DNA of 64,000 bases, from positions 178,436,001 to 178,500,000 of the forward strand of contig OZ024741.1 in NCBI GenBank assembly GCA_964016885.1, given 5' to 3'. Position numbers and translations under genes: made by a program. Below the pieces are notes generated by a model. That model searched no databases. It worked only from the letters and a program-made list of their open reading frames with translations, and was not told where the DNA came from. Below are positions 1 to 13,224 of this stretch, piece after piece. The first letter of the stretch is position 1, and every line of letters starts with the position of its first letter. This stretch comes from Eledone cirrhosa. Taxonomy: Eukaryota.

Positions 1-342
1 GATGTATGTTGCAAATGCTATGAATACATCGTACAAGAAGCTGATCTGTATGAAATACAACGAACTAAGAAGGTGTCATTGTCCCGAAAGCTCACAGAAG
101 TCTCCCAAGTTATATCACTGCCCTCAAGTATCGGCAAAATATGTATAAAACATAGTATATCTCGGGTAGCTGATTGTTTTAGATGTTAAGCCAGTGCCAC
201 TAGTGAGTTCCACGTGTATATGGAGAAAAAAGGGTCAGATTTGTATCTAGTAAAGTGGCCTACAGTAGCCGATTTAATATTTTCCTAAGTATTTCTTTTA
301 TTTTACATTGTGGTGTGTAGTCATGTTGATTATTGTTTTCAG

Positions 343-500
343 AATCACTAATTGGCGGAGTTTTTGATAGAAATATTGAGGAAAGCGTATGTGTAAAACT
401 CAGACTGAATAAATACGACAGATGTGTTTGTTCGATACACCAGTTTATCGGTCATTTTCACACCGTTGTGTAATTTTTCGGTGATATACAAAGCACTCAT
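343..500 (+). pseudogene. iGluR-like ATD pseudo-exon 1
   Basis: Acceptor ttgttttcag|343. Reads SLIGGVFDRNIEES..., then after a frameshift ...NFSVIYKAL, with gtaaac at 501. Resembles the ATD start IGGIFD...DSF.V..A.C. Confidence 0.5.
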
Positions 501-705
501 GTAAACGCACGCACACACATATACGCACATACAAATACATACAACTCGTTAGTTAATAAAGCTAGAATAAGGAGATTTAGTTCACATTGTCTGAAGAAAC
601 ATAATATGAAGAAACTAGTAGTTGTAAAGTAATTAAATATTATGTAGTAATCTACAATTCAGCTCTGGCCTCTCTTTTATTCGTACTAGTTTAGGCTTAT
701 ATACA

Positions 706-773
<68 letters not shown>

Positions 774-1293
774 TCATTTAGGTTTGTTGGTTCACTAGTG
801 GATAGAACTGGTCATTCCTTATGGTCAACCTCGATGTAATATTAGGGAGAGCATTCGACGTAATGCAACTCACCCGTCTTCGTTTGTGTTGTTGGTGGTG
901 CGAGTACGGAGTTAATTATTATAAAATAACAGGAGGCTGGACTGGTGTAATTCCTTAGAGGTTTATTATACTATGAACATTTCAATGACCGGATTCATGC
1001 TGAATCCGGTAATTGAAATGTTCATAGTACAATAAACCTCTACGGGGTCGATAAAATAAAGTACCAGTTATGCACTGGGTAATTGCTGGCCTTGTGCCTA
1101 AAGTAGAAACAATTATTATTATTATATATATATATATATTTAGTGAAAGAGTAAAGAATAACAAGGTCGGCTGTACAAAAAGGGCTTATTTACACTACTA
1201 ACAATTGTTTCGATAATCAGGTGATTACTTTAGACGAAACGTTGTTATCCTATATATATTTATATTTATATATGTGTGTGTGTGTGTGTGCGT

Positions 1294-1381
<88 letters not shown>

Positions 1382-2024
1382 GTGTGTGTGTGTGTGTGTG
1401 CAGTTTTTATCTACCAAATTTCACCACATAATGTGTAGATCATCTCAGTAATATGTTAAAAGGCATATCAAAAATGATGAGAAGTAAGATAAAAATTTTA
1501 AAACACGTATTTGTGAAACCAGCCTGTAAGAATGTTTACCTCTTCTTAACTACGCAACCACACTTTATTTAAATTGGGGAAGTTAATTAAAATCTTAACC
1601 CTCATTGTTACTATATTTTTAACGAAAGTCACTGCCTGTTATATTCAATTCAGTTTTAAAATAATAAAAATAATTGAAATTTTTAGTAAAAATCATAACT
1701 TTCTCATTCATTCCCTGGCTTGTGTTCAGAAACTAACTTAAATATTTTTAAATAGAATTATGATAAAAGGTTTGGATATAAATATGAATACTTTAAAATA
1801 AAGATCTTAGTATCATATTTTCAGGCGGTTTTGATTCAAAATGTTTGAAGTATTCAGGTTTACCGTATTAATATTGCTTTATTTGAATACCAACGAGGCG
1901 ATAATATATTTTCATTACACTGAATAACTATAAAATATGCATAAACCTATTCATATTATATGATATTATATGAACATTTGCAAACTTTCCCCTTCAAATA
2001 TACCACAATATATTTTCTCTACAT

Positions 2025-2165
2025 TTGGTAACATCAAAATAAAGTAACTTTTGCAATGCAAGGATTGAACTAGGCGATGTACGAAAAGGTAATCACTTCG
2101 TCAAATTTAAAGTAGTTCCACTAATTATTATGAAGTAATATATCATCAACAGTTTCTACTTAGAG
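2025..2165 (+). pseudogene. iGluR-like ATD pseudo-exon 2
   Basis: HQNKVTFAMQGLN*AMYEKVITSS, then frameshifted KFKVVPLIIM. Resembles C.Q..KGVFA..G......I.S....F.VP.I. Confidence 0.5.
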
Positions 2166-2640
2166 TAAGGTGAAATTAGCCTTTGAATATTCAAAGTCTC
2201 AGATACCAACGTAATGTTGCCAGTGCCATGGTACACGAACTACCGACCTCAAAATTGATTGATAGGGACACAGTTTACACTAACATCTGCAACTCTATAT
2301 TTTAATGTCTAATTGTAATGAAACATATAAACATTTACATCAAAATATCGGGCAATAATATTATCATTAATTACTGAGGGGGAAAATCCCTGTCCTGCTG
2401 AGATAATTCATCATAGTTTGACAGTAAAGTCGGGATAAATCTTTATCGCCTGTTACTGACAGAGAAAAACGCATAAATAATCGAAACGTTAAAATGCATC
2501 TCTGACAGAATAAGGCTATCTTTGTTCAGTGTACCGCATACACAAAGAGATAAACACATTTGAGCAGCGTTAGAGGTAAATTTTCGAATATTACCATATA
2601 TCAGTAGTGGTAACATTTTTCTTTTTTTGTTTTATTGCAT

Positions 2641-2790
2641 CGAAAATATTTGATTAAGATTTTGCATCACACGAATTGCGTGGACCTTTCTGTTTGTGTA
2701 GAGAATATAATATTGTATTAGCATATATAGATGGAACTTGGCCAAGAGAGCAAATTGTTAGATAAAAAGAAAATTCTTAATAATGTTTAT
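2641..2790 (+). pseudogene. iGluR-like ATD pseudo-exon (weak)
   Basis: Follows a polypyrimidine tract. Reads RKYLIKILHHTNCVDLSVCVENII...DKKKIL, with internal stops. Position fits the mid-ATD. Confidence 0.3.
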
Positions 2791-3043
2791 ATTTGTCACT
2801 TTATATTCTGAGATCAAGTCCACTCTGCCATGTTTATCCAAAAAATACTAACACTTTAGTTGCTATTATTTGATCATTTATAACCTTTTTCTTTTTCGTA
2901 CGACTAAAATAGAACAGAAAAAAATCATTGAATTACCAACAAATGTAAACAGAATTACACATAGTCTAATCAAGCTACTGCTTTACATCTCACAATTCAC
3001 CGCAGGGCCGTAAAATACTTTAAAGGCATGTTTTCAATGTGTG

Positions 3044-3778
3044 TTCAATGCAAGGGGATGCAGAACAATTATATGAAAGACGTAAAATAAGAAAAAAGTT
3101 AATTTTTATAATTTTCTTATTTTACGTCTTTCATATAATTGTTCTGCATCCCCTTGCATTGAACCACAAAGTTACTAAGACAAAACCTATATATTTGCTA
3201 GCATAGGTATGCATCTGTATATATATGTTGGTAGATATACTAATTCTTTATAATTATCTCCAAATTATTTTGTTGAGCAAAAATTTGCCAAAACTACTAC
3301 TATGGTTCATAGTAATAGTCAGGCTACTGTCTTATTAACGCCCTACTCCTCACTGATTAACCTCGATGTCACGTGATTGATTATTTTGTATTTGCCACCG
3401 ACCAAGTAGGCAGTGATTTTTTCAATGTCCTGGAATTTAGTCCTCGCTTGCTTTTTTCCATCCACTTAATTATTTTTGTATAAGTTCCCTGTGACCACGC
3501 ATTACCTGGGAACTTAGCTGAGAATAGACTTCCCTGATGACGAAAGGATTTTCTCCATGTTGTTCCATTCGGAAACCATGTTTATTCCTTTTCAGAAACT
3601 AATTAGTTGGAGTGAAATTTTAGTAAGTAAGTTAATTTTTATAATTTTCTTATTTTACGTCTTTCATATAATTGTTCTGCATCCCCTTGCATTGAACCAC
3701 AAAGTTACTAAGACAAAACCTATATATTTGCTAGCATAGGTATGCATCTGTATATATATGTTGGTAGATATATTAATT

Positions 3779-3785
<7 letters not shown>
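3044..3785 (+). mobile_element. Non-coding PLE pLTR-type insert, family A: partial tandem repeat plus inverted 5' copy
   Basis: 3097-3253 is repeated at 3628-3785, and 3044-3096 is an inverted copy. Contains a hammerhead and ends at (TA)n. A second copy lies at 10780-11435. Confidence 0.7.
3528..3613 (+). ncRNA. Type-I hammerhead ribozyme motif
   Basis: acttcc CTGATGA c gaaagga...ttcctttt ca GAAA ctaattag TT ggagt. Palindromic stem III. Confidence 0.75.
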
Positions 3786-3848
<63 letters not shown>

Positions 3849-5135
3849 GTAATATTCCGAAGGAGCTCGTATATTTAAATGAAATACCGTTCAAACCGGA
3901 AGGTTTTGAAAGCTGTGTCTATAGCGAGAAGATACTGCTCGAGTCCGATCCAGTCTGATCCAGGACCTTCTCAATCCTGCTGGAAGAACCCAACTCTAGT
4001 TAAACTTCAGTGATTTCTGTATAGTCATGACTTCAGGGTGTGGCCCTGTTCACCATGCCTGGCCAATTGCGAGTTGGTGAAGATATCTAACCTATAAGGC
4101 TGTAGACACTGAAGAGTCAGTCCACCCTTTTAACAACACTTGTTTTAGGGGTTCCATTTACTCTACTCACCAGGGCCTGGCGGTCTTTGGTAGCTGGTTT
4201 ACTCGCCGACCAATTGACCACGAAGCGGGTGGTACTGTGTTATATTGTACCAGTAGCAGGCAGAAGACGCCCCTGATAGGGAGTGTAGCGTAATGAAAAC
4301 TATCGTACGCGTTTCATGTTCTATCTAAGGTAAACATATACATCGTTTCAGACCCAAAATAAAGGGAATTGTTAATATCTCGTCATCCATTACTGTGTTA
4401 TTTTATGGGTTTTACATGTCTAGAGAGAGAACATGGATACTTATTTTGTTTTGGAACGAACTCATATTCGGAAACTCGAACACGTATTACTTCATAAATG
4501 ATGAATTAAATTATATATATATTGTATGTTTTGTTTTGTTTTTTTATTTCCAGTTTCTGTGGTATTTAAAATGTAAAATGCCTCTATCATTAGAATCCAT
4601 TATCACCCACGTTTGAATATTCAACATATTTTGCTCCGAACAACAATAAAGACACCTATACTCATGAAGTAGAAAAAGAAATAACATAGCTGAAGCATTT
4701 CAAATTTTCTCATCATATTTTTTTTCTTTTCGGTTTTCAATACAAATTAGTCTGATAGCATTCATGAATAAATAAATAAAACAAATTTAAGATATCAAAT
4801 TAATAATTATATTCTATTAATTAAAACAGGTGCGATAGGATGCACAATGTAGTGAACCAGGAAAAGAAAAAAACGCACACTACCGACTTTTTCAATATCC
4901 GCATCAATTAATTATTTTACAACATTTGTCTGCGGAATTCGCTTTCGAAGGATTTCTAATTTGATTATTCCAGTATTTTTCACTTTAAAGCGATGAAAAA
5001 AATGCATATATATATATATATACCAATAATTTTCACAATACGCTTGCCAACTTTACAAACACTTGTATATATAAATATAAATACACAGACAGACAGACAG
5101 ACAGACTGACAGACAGACTGACAGACAGACAGACA

Positions 5136-5244
<109 letters not shown>

Positions 5245-5358
5245 ATTATCAAGAGCCCGACGGCTGAGCTCTGGCCGTTTCGACAGCTAGATCCGTGTAC
5301 TCTGGTCTAGCTGGTTTTACAACACCCTGTCCGATATATATATTAAATAAGTATATAA

Positions 5359-5419
<61 letters not shown>

Positions 5420-5759
5420 TAACTCCGCACTTGAAAAGGGGGTGTACAATGGGGAGATAGCTTACAATGACCAAACCAGAGGCGCAACGCCGCTAACCCC
5501 AAACAGACTCTTAGGAACGCAAATAGACGAGGACACCCCACCTAGAACAAATACTAAGCAAATACCACCCTTAGCCGGCAGGACAGGCAGCATTACATAC
5601 AACTGCAAAGGAGATAAAGCTATACTCTCCAACCCCAGTAAGGACTCTGCATACCACACACGACTACGTAGTAATAGAGACGCCAATAGAATAGCAATAA
5701 CCCCCATGACAAATACGTCTGACCAAAATGCACCCACGCAACCACCAAACCACAGCAAC

Positions 5760-6475
5760 CACACTAAACACCGTAAAGCCCGTACTCTATACACGTTGCC
5801 ACCAATATACCGGGAACCGTCTTCAGAGCTCTGGAACAATCCTTCCCACACATAAATACCACAAGCTCTTTAATAGACACTGTCAAATTCTCCTTCTCCA
5901 CAACACCAAATCTAGGCGACAGGATAGCACACACAAATAGGACAAACATACGCAAACACATGATAGCACTACAACCAACCACTAGCACAACCCAAAACGA
6001 AACCACACAGACGACACAATACAACCTACATGCCAGCTCCACACAGAATACCAACAACCGACAACGTGGCAACAAACTCATAACCCCCAACTGCAACTGC
6101 AAAAAGCAGGTAGAATGCCCATTGAGCGGGGAGTGCCTCGTTAAAAACATTATTTACCGGTGCGATGTCACAGCTGGCCGACTACGTTTAAGGAGCGCTG
6201 GTATAACGACAAAAGCTCCTTCAAACACAGGCCCAAACGATCCCAAACATCCTGGGACCTCAAAGACAAGAACATGAAATACCATGAAAGCCCAACTCCT
6301 CAACGACAGAAACCACTGCAGGTTATACCTGGCCGAGGCGGCTGACATCATTAAATTGAAATCGGCCATAAACTTAAGATCTGAGATAATAGTAAACTGC
6401 AGACACACCAGGATGACCACCTTCTCTGCACAAACATTCGGCCGAGGGACAGCCACTGACCCTGACTCAACATAG
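5760..6475 (+). mobile_element. Penelope-like element, frameshifted GIY-YIG C-terminus
   Basis: CNCKKQVECPLSGECLVKNIIYRCDVT, then frameshifted TTFKERWYNDKSSFKH and CRLYLAE...INLRSEIIVNCRH, the typical PLE endonuclease tail. Confidence 0.85.
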
Positions 6476-6489
6476 GGATAACCATCTTT

Positions 6490-6960
6490 GCTTTACCACA
6501 CCGTCCATCATCTCAGTACTTTTGTCTTCTCTAACATGTAACCCATTGTAAGATCTGATCTTGTAAATATCATGTCGCACCCACAACAAAATCCACCACC
6601 ACCACCACCACCAAACACATCGCCATACATCCCTCATCTCAGTACCATCGTGTTCTATGTATCTTCTCTGTCAGGTTTTAACTTGTAACACATCGTAACA
6701 TCCAATCCTGTAAATATCATGTCGAACAAATCACCCCCGCCACCACCACCACCTCCAAACACATCGCCATACATCCACCATCCTCCATTTCGGTACCTTT
6801 GTTTTCTCAGTGTTCCCTCTGTCACTTTTTAACCTGTAAAATTTTAACCATCGTAAAATTTGATCCTGTAAATATCATGTCTCACCCATCACCACCACCA
6901 CCACCAAACACATCGCCATACTTCCTCAACCATCACCATCACCAACACATACCACGCCTA
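6490..6960 (+). repeat. Degenerate tandem repeat of about 150 bp (3 copies) downstream of the PLE ORF
   Basis: gtaaatatcatgtc...ccaccaccacc..aaacacatcgccatac recurs at about 6562, 6710 and 6867. Confidence 0.7.
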
Positions 6961-7031
6961 TCATCCCTCCCTAAACAACGCATGTGTGTGTGTCTGTGCC
7001 TACGTATGTTTGTACAATCACCATCCCCACT

Positions 7032-7062
<31 letters not shown>

Positions 7063-7105
7063 CGATATTAAATAAATGGAAACTATATTTATAAAACCAT
7101 ATTTA

Positions 7106-7167
7106 TTTCATTATATATATTTCAGGGATATCATATTAAAAATATGGTATGCCTTCATCAGACAAAA
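7106..7167 (-). ncRNA. Type-I hammerhead ribozyme motif (mirror of 7322-7383)
   Basis: Reverse complement reads ttttgt CTGATGA agg..cct GAAA tatata TA atgaaa. Confidence 0.75.
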
Positions 7168-7321
7168 TACAATATAAACAGTCTTATAAATAGATATATT
7201 TGACATACCTTACAACTTCAACTTCCATTTAAAAAGTTGATTTGGTAATCAACTTTTTAAATGGAAGTTGAAGTTGTCAGGTATGTCAAATCTATCTATT
7301 TATAAGACTGTTTATATTGTA

Positions 7322-7383
7322 TTTTGTCTGATGAAGGCATACCATATTTTTAATATGATATCCCTGAAATATATATAATGAAA
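7322..7383 (+). ncRNA. Type-I hammerhead ribozyme motif
   Basis: ttttgt CTGATGA aggcataccatatt ttt aatatgatatccct GAAA tatata TA atgaaa. Confidence 0.75.
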
Positions 7384-7514
7384 TAAATATGGTTTTATAA
7401 ATATAGTTTCCATTTATTTAATATCGTAAATATACTCCAAATACTTGTTGAGTGCTTTTATATCAGTTATAAATATTTACTCGTTGTAACCCAACAATTT
7501 AAATAAAACTTTGC

Positions 7515-7546
<32 letters not shown>

Positions 7547-7952
7547 GTGTATGTATACGATGCATTTGTCAGACTACGTGTGTCTAGATATGTATCTCCT
7601 TATGGAATTGAGCCCCCTTAACAACCCACGATCACAATCATCACGCCACCATAAACAGCGCCACCTTTCATCTTTATCACAAACAACAACACCACACCCA
7701 CATTTCACACACAATTCAGCCTCATCTACATGCCAAACTGTCTACCGACAACCAGAACCCCCTCACACCGCCGCCCATTTCAACCTGCGACCTTCACCCC
7801 CAACTTATCACCACACTCACCCCCCACATACACTACAGGCAAAACCATCCCTATGAATTAATCCACCAATCAAAACAAACTTTACTGACTACCATAACAA
7901 CTGCTGACTTTAGCATACAGCATGTATTCATTTTCCCATTAACATTACAAGG

Positions 7953-8036
7953 GGTCTGACGAGCCGCGCTTACAGAGTCGGGTCAGATCGATACAGATCG
8001 AACCTTGAGCTGATCAGTGGCGAAATGCGTGTCACC
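7953..8036 (+). ncRNA. Type-I hammerhead ribozyme motif with extended stem II
   Basis: ggt CTGACGA gccgc...gtggc GAAA tgcgtg TC acc. Partial sister copies at about 32515-32575 (-), 33232-33285 (gaaacgcgcgtc) and 56040-56100. Confidence 0.7.
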
Positions 8037-8417
8037 AACCAATAAACTTAATAAGTAGTAACCAATCGTCCTTGTTATCTTATTTCACTATAATACACTG
8101 TCTAGCTCTACACCTCAACACTGAAGTGAACCTAAACATCGAGTGCTCACCGGGTGAACCTACAGTAACTCAAAGTTATATATGGGGGGGGGGTTACTGG
8201 TCTGATTATGAACATTAATAAACTTACTATTTTATAATTACGAAGGTAGAGTGAATATTTCAAGGAAGGTCTGCATTAAGGTTAAGCATTTACCGTTTCG
8301 ATAGCAAATTAAATCTCTCTCTCTCTCTTTCTCTCTCTCCCTCTCGCTCTCTCGCTCTTCTCTCTATCTCTCCATTCCCCCTCTCTCTCTCTCTCTTTCT
8401 TTCTTTCTCTCTGTGTT

Positions 8418-8451
<34 letters not shown>

Positions 8452-8597
8452 TATGTATGATATATATATATAAATACAGACGTGACCGACATAACGGCGG
8501 CGAGACTGGGGAGCATGCTGGCGACCTGTATGGGTCGTGAGGCGGCAACAGAAGGCGCTGTGCCGCGCGGAGTAATAATTGTACTACCCCGCGCCCC

Positions 8598-9077
8598 ATG
8601 GGATATAATAATACTAACTACGGAGATAGCGGTGGTGGTGCCGATAATAACGTAGGTAGTGATAGTAATATTCTTACGCTCAGGGGAAGTTGCCTGACAG
8701 ACAATATTATTTATAGCTGCACTGTAACTAGCCATAATAGCGTCAAGCAGTATATAAGGGCCACCTCTGACTCGTTCAAAACCAGATTTCGAACACATCT
8801 CCACTCTTTTAGAAACAGGAAGCTAAGATACTCCACATCACTCGCCAACTATATCACAACATTGAACGACTCCAACATAAGCTTCTCCACATACTGGGAA
8901 ATTGTCAGCAGGGCAACACCTTACAACTTCAAGAGGATGTGCCAGCTCTGTCTCATGGAGCTTTACCATATCGTAAGAGCACTCCTAGAGCTCATCAACA
9001 GCAGAGCAGAATCTGTAGTAAACTGCAGACACAGAATACAGCAGTCATTCTATGGTTGGACCCAGGTTGATACCTGA
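8598..9077 (+). mobile_element. Penelope-like element GIY-YIG endonuclease domain (5'-truncated ORF)
   Basis: LRGSCLTDNIIYSCTV...KQYIRATSDSFKTRFRTHLHSFRN...STSLANYI...CQLCLME...INSRAESVVNCRH. Confidence 0.9.
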
Positions 9078-9405
9078 GCACCATAAACCAGGTCCCCTGC
9101 ACCAAACCATAACATTCCAGATCACAGGGTGCATAACTAAACATCTGTGCACCAACTATGCCCCTTAGATCTGGCCTGACTAAGCAGTAGTAAAGTGGCA
9201 CCCATAAAATAGTAGTGGAAAACAATCATCATGTGAACGGATAATAAGCCATTTAGGGACACTTATTCAAACACCGGTCACAGTTACTCCCCTTGCTATG
9301 TGATGCAAACAACCATGTCTGTTTGAATCAAACATGAAACTTTGATGTGATTATCATCTTAAAACCCATTCTGGGTACTGTATTGAACATTCTCTAGATC
9401 TGTAT

Positions 9406-9446
9406 GCCCTTGAGAAACCATTTTCGGGCGAAACGTACGTAGGTGC
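9406..9446 (+). ncRNA. Variant hammerhead motif, U3-A8 core
   Basis: gccc TTGAGAA acc attttcg ggc GAAA cgtacg TA ggtgc. Lies about 330 bp downstream of the GIY-YIG ORF. Stems I and II are partly mismatched. Confidence 0.5.
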
Positions 9447-9507
9447 TTTTGTATAAACATGTTCTAACAGTCTGTATTCTCCTTCGTAATTCTTTCATTT
9501 ATATTTG

Positions 9508-9600
<93 letters not shown>

Positions 9601-10144
9601 GCGTATGCGTGTGCGTGTGTGGGTGTGTGTGTGTATACATATATATTTACATATTTTTGCATTATACTTTACACAACATCTATCCATTTTATCACCATAT
9701 ATCTCTCTATCCTAATGCATGCCATTTTTTAAATTTTAAACATTTCTATCATTTTTAACTTACTTTTACATTTTATATGAAATATGCTTGTCTCATATAT
9801 TATATAACTCTTACCTCATACATTCCTTCATTAATTTTATTAACTTTAGCATTATATACCCTTAACAGTACCTGATTTTCAATGCTATGATATCTTTTAT
9901 CTATCTTATATAACATCTTTTTTTTGCAGGTATATTTTGCACATGTATTACCTTAAACAATATGTTTATATATAATATGCTCAATATTTCCCTTTTCACC
10001 ATTGCTCCTTATACTGTTGTTTCTGTAGCATAACATCGTTTTGAACACGTTTTATAACTCATGTCAATGACACTGGCAATAGTATAGTTATTTATATAAA
10101 TGTTCTGAAAACTAGGATTTTAATTACCTGTTTAACATTCTCTA

Positions 10145-10184
10145 TGCTCCGATGAAGCCATTTTGGAAGAAACAATTGTCAGCA
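10145..10184 (+). ncRNA. Degenerate hammerhead motif (U4C)
   Basis: tgct CCGATGA agccattttggaa GAAA caattg TC agca. Confidence 0.55.
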
Positions 10185-10232
10185 ATTAAATTTATTAAAC
10201 TAAGATTTGATTGTTTCATATTTTGTATATTT

Positions 10233-10329
<97 letters not shown>

Positions 10330-10779
10330 AAAATGTATGACACACACACACACACACACAGACACACACACATACATATGTATATCCGACATGTAGATAT
10401 GTAGATATACAATGTCTTTCTTAATATTTCGAACAAAAACGCTCTCCGAAGATCCGGCAAGTTTCTGGCAGAAGTTCACTATCTTAATTAATCGAAATAA
10501 AAAGTTTCTGTGAGTTTGTGAAACTACAATTAGAGGAAAAAATTGGTTACGCCCTAGATATTTAGATTGCTTAACAATACATTATGCCTCTGGGATGATA
10601 CACGCATAGGGTTCCTTTGTTTTAAGCAACATTAATGTGATCTTTCTTTTTGTCTATACTGATTCGAATTTGAGATAGATCCATATTTGTATTAATGAGC
10701 TACTCTGAATTATCTTCTAAGCGATATTATTCATTGAGATGTAATGTATAATACTGACTAATTTTAATTATATACATAT

Positions 10780-11429
10780 ATTTCTTATTTCACGTCTCTC
10801 ATATTATTGTTCTGCAACGCCATGCATTGAACCACATACTTACTAAGACAAAACCTATATATTTGCTAACATAAGTATGCATCTATGTATATATATGTTA
10901 CTAGATATACTAATTCTTTATAATTATCTCCAAAATTATTTGTCGAGCAAAAATGGCCAAAACTGCTGCTATAGTAACAGTACGGCTGCTGTCTTACTAA
11001 CAAACCACTATCCACTGATTGACCTCGATGTCACGTGATTGATTCTTTTGAATTTGCCACCGACGCAGTAGGCAGTGATTTTATCAATGGCTTGGAATTA
11101 GTCCTCGCTTTGCTTTTTCCATCCACTGAATTATGTTTGTATAAGTTCCCTGTGTCCACGTATTGCCTGGAAACTTAGCTGAGAATAGACTTCCCTGATG
11201 ACGAAAGGCTTCTCCGTGCTCTCTTCGGATAGTACGTTTAATCCCTTTCAGAAACTAATTAGTTGGGAGTGAAATTTAAGTAAGTAAGTTAATTTTATAA
11301 TTTTCTTATTTTCCATATTATTGTTCTGCAACCCCATGCATTGAACCACATAGTTACTAAGACAAAATCTATATATTTGCTAACATAAGTATGCATCTGT
11401 GTATATATATGTTACTAGATATACTAATT

Positions 11430-11435
<6 letters not shown>
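10780..11435 (+). mobile_element. Non-coding PLE pLTR-type insert, family A, second copy
   Basis: Clearly similar to 3110-3785, with the same partial tandem duplication and the same 3' end at (TA)n. Confidence 0.75.
11189..11270 (+). ncRNA. Type-I hammerhead ribozyme motif
   Basis: acttcc CTGATGA c gaaagg...cctttc a GAAA ctaattag TT gggagt. Six-bp stem I. Confidence 0.8.
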
Positions 11436-11471
<36 letters not shown>

Positions 11472-11540
11472 AAAAAGGGATGAAATTGAAAATGCAACTG
11501 AAGTCTTATTTTTTTTTAAAATATATATATTTATTTGGTT

Positions 11541-11578
11541 CCTTTACCGGTTTCGCAGTTCTTCTGCTTTTCAAAAGG
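11541..11578 (-). ncRNA. Variant minimal hammerhead, U3-A8 core
   Basis: Reverse complement: cctt TTGAAAA gcag aagaa ctgc GAAA ccgg TA aagg. Confidence 0.7.
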
Positions 11579-12089
11579 TGAGTTGAGATGGAGGGTCTGT
11601 GGTCTTTCTCACATCTGGTTGGTCTCTAAATGTTACTTGTTTTATATGGAAAAAGTGGCTCGAAAACCAGGTTTTTCGAGAAGTCATTTGATTGGTTTGT
11701 CAATAATTATAATAAATTTCGCGCCAGTTCGCGTTACAATAGTTCTTCAAATAAGAGAGGGGGGGGTTGTCACAGGTTGTTTTTTCATATATGAGTGTTT
11801 GAATTTCTTTTTACTTGAAAAAATGAGGCTCACGAAGGCTTTTTTGGGGTTGGTTATAAATGAAATTTGGCTGTCACGTGAACAAGTTTTCATTACATTT
11901 TTGCGCCCTTATTTGGAAAACTATTCTGTAGTCTTTATAGTGAATGTTATGACAATGGAGAGATAGTGGTCAAGGGAAAAGGTATTGGGAGAAATGTTCT
12001 GGTTCAGTGAATATGGCCAGCTGTCAGAGTTCAGGTGTCAGAGTTCAGATTTTCTATTGAGACCGAAGATATGTGTTTATTTGTGTGCT

Positions 12090-12124
<35 letters not shown>

Positions 12125-12618
12125 ATGTGTGTATTGGAAGATGATTCTATTAGTAGAGATGGGGGAGGGAGTTGTGTGTGTGTGTATATGGGTGTTATGT
12201 GTGTGTGTGCGAGTATGTTAGATAGAGAGAATATATATTTTTTGTGTGTGTGTATATATATATGTGTGTAGGAAAGTGGTTCTATTAGTAGAAATGGGGA
12301 GGGTGTTGTAGGTGTGGGGGTTGTTATGTGTGTGTATGGGTGTTATGTGTGTGGGAGTATGGTTAGCATGTTAAGATGAAGAGAATATATATATATATAT
12401 ATATATATTGTGTGTGTGTATGTGTGTGTGTAGGAGAATGATTCCTTTAGTAGGAATATTTTTGAATGAACATATTTTCCTGACTTTTTCGTGTTTGCTG
12501 TTGTATTGCCAGTGCAAACGTATGTTTAATGTTTATTTAGTTCGGGTTTTTATTTTCTAAAGTAGAAGGTGTTATGTGTGTGTGTGTATGTCATATTGTG
12601 GTGTTGACATAATGTATA

Positions 12619-13101
12619 TTAAACCTTATTTAATGTTGGTCTATATTTTTGAATAAACATATTTTCCTTATTTATTCGCATTTGTTCTGTTGTATTGTTA
12701 GCGCAAAGGTAAAATGGGAAGACTTGGAATTTGGGTGTCTTATTACTTGCGCAAATGTCTAGATGTGCACTTAGTGGTATCTGTCTCGTGGTCGGATCTC
12801 GTAATTGTTGGCGATGAACTGTCATTCTGTTTCTGAGTGTGAGTTTAGTTTGTCCTATATAATCTTCATTGCATCCTTTACATTTAATGGCATAAATTAG
12901 ATTTTTTGATGAGCAAGTGAAGTGATTTTTTACAGTAAAATTTTGTCCTGATTTAAATGTATACGTGTTGCCTTCAATGAGGTGAGTGCAGGTTCCACAA
13001 TTAGAGCGACCACATTTTTTGATACTTGGTTGTGGGTTTGTGGTAGGTAATTTGGCATTGGTGAGTAATGTTTTCAGTGATTTTGGTTGTCTTTTGCTTT
13101 T
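12619..13101 (-). CDS. Uninterrupted PLE Zn-finger + GIY-YIG endonuclease coding segment (5'-truncated, no start codon)
   Basis: KSKRQPKSLKTLLTNAKLP...KKCGRSNCGTCTHL...FTCSSKNLIYAIKCKGCNEDYIGQTKLTLRNRMTVHRQQ...KENMFIQKYRPTLN. The frame is open well upstream of the listed 68-aa ORF. Confidence 0.9.
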   Translation of the reverse strand, partial: KSKRQPKSLKTLLTNAKLPTTNPQPSIKKCGRSNCGTCTHLIEGNTYTFKSGQNFTVKNHFTCSSKNLIYAIKCKGCNEDYIGQTKLTLRNRMTVHRQQLRDPTTRQIPLSAHLDICASNKTPKFQVFPFYLCANNTTEQMRINKENMFIQKYRPTLNKV

Positions 13102-13224
13102 GACAAACCAATCAAATTACTTCTCGAAAAACCTGGTTTTCGAGCCACTTTTTCCATATAAAACAAGTAACATTTAGAGACCAACCAGATGTGAGAAAAA
13201 CCACAGACCCTCCATCTCAACTCA

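Larger units (their letters stand above)
7061..7428. repeat. Near-perfect palindrome (arms about 182 bp, 4-nt loop) of a hammerhead-bearing pLTR
   Basis: 7061-7242 is the reverse complement of 7247-7428, with about 2 mismatches. Confidence 0.95.

Noticed and set aside
1-190. Open frames at the window start (DVCCKCYEY... / MYVANAMN...)
   Set aside because: No recognisable motif, and the sequence is truncated by the window edge.
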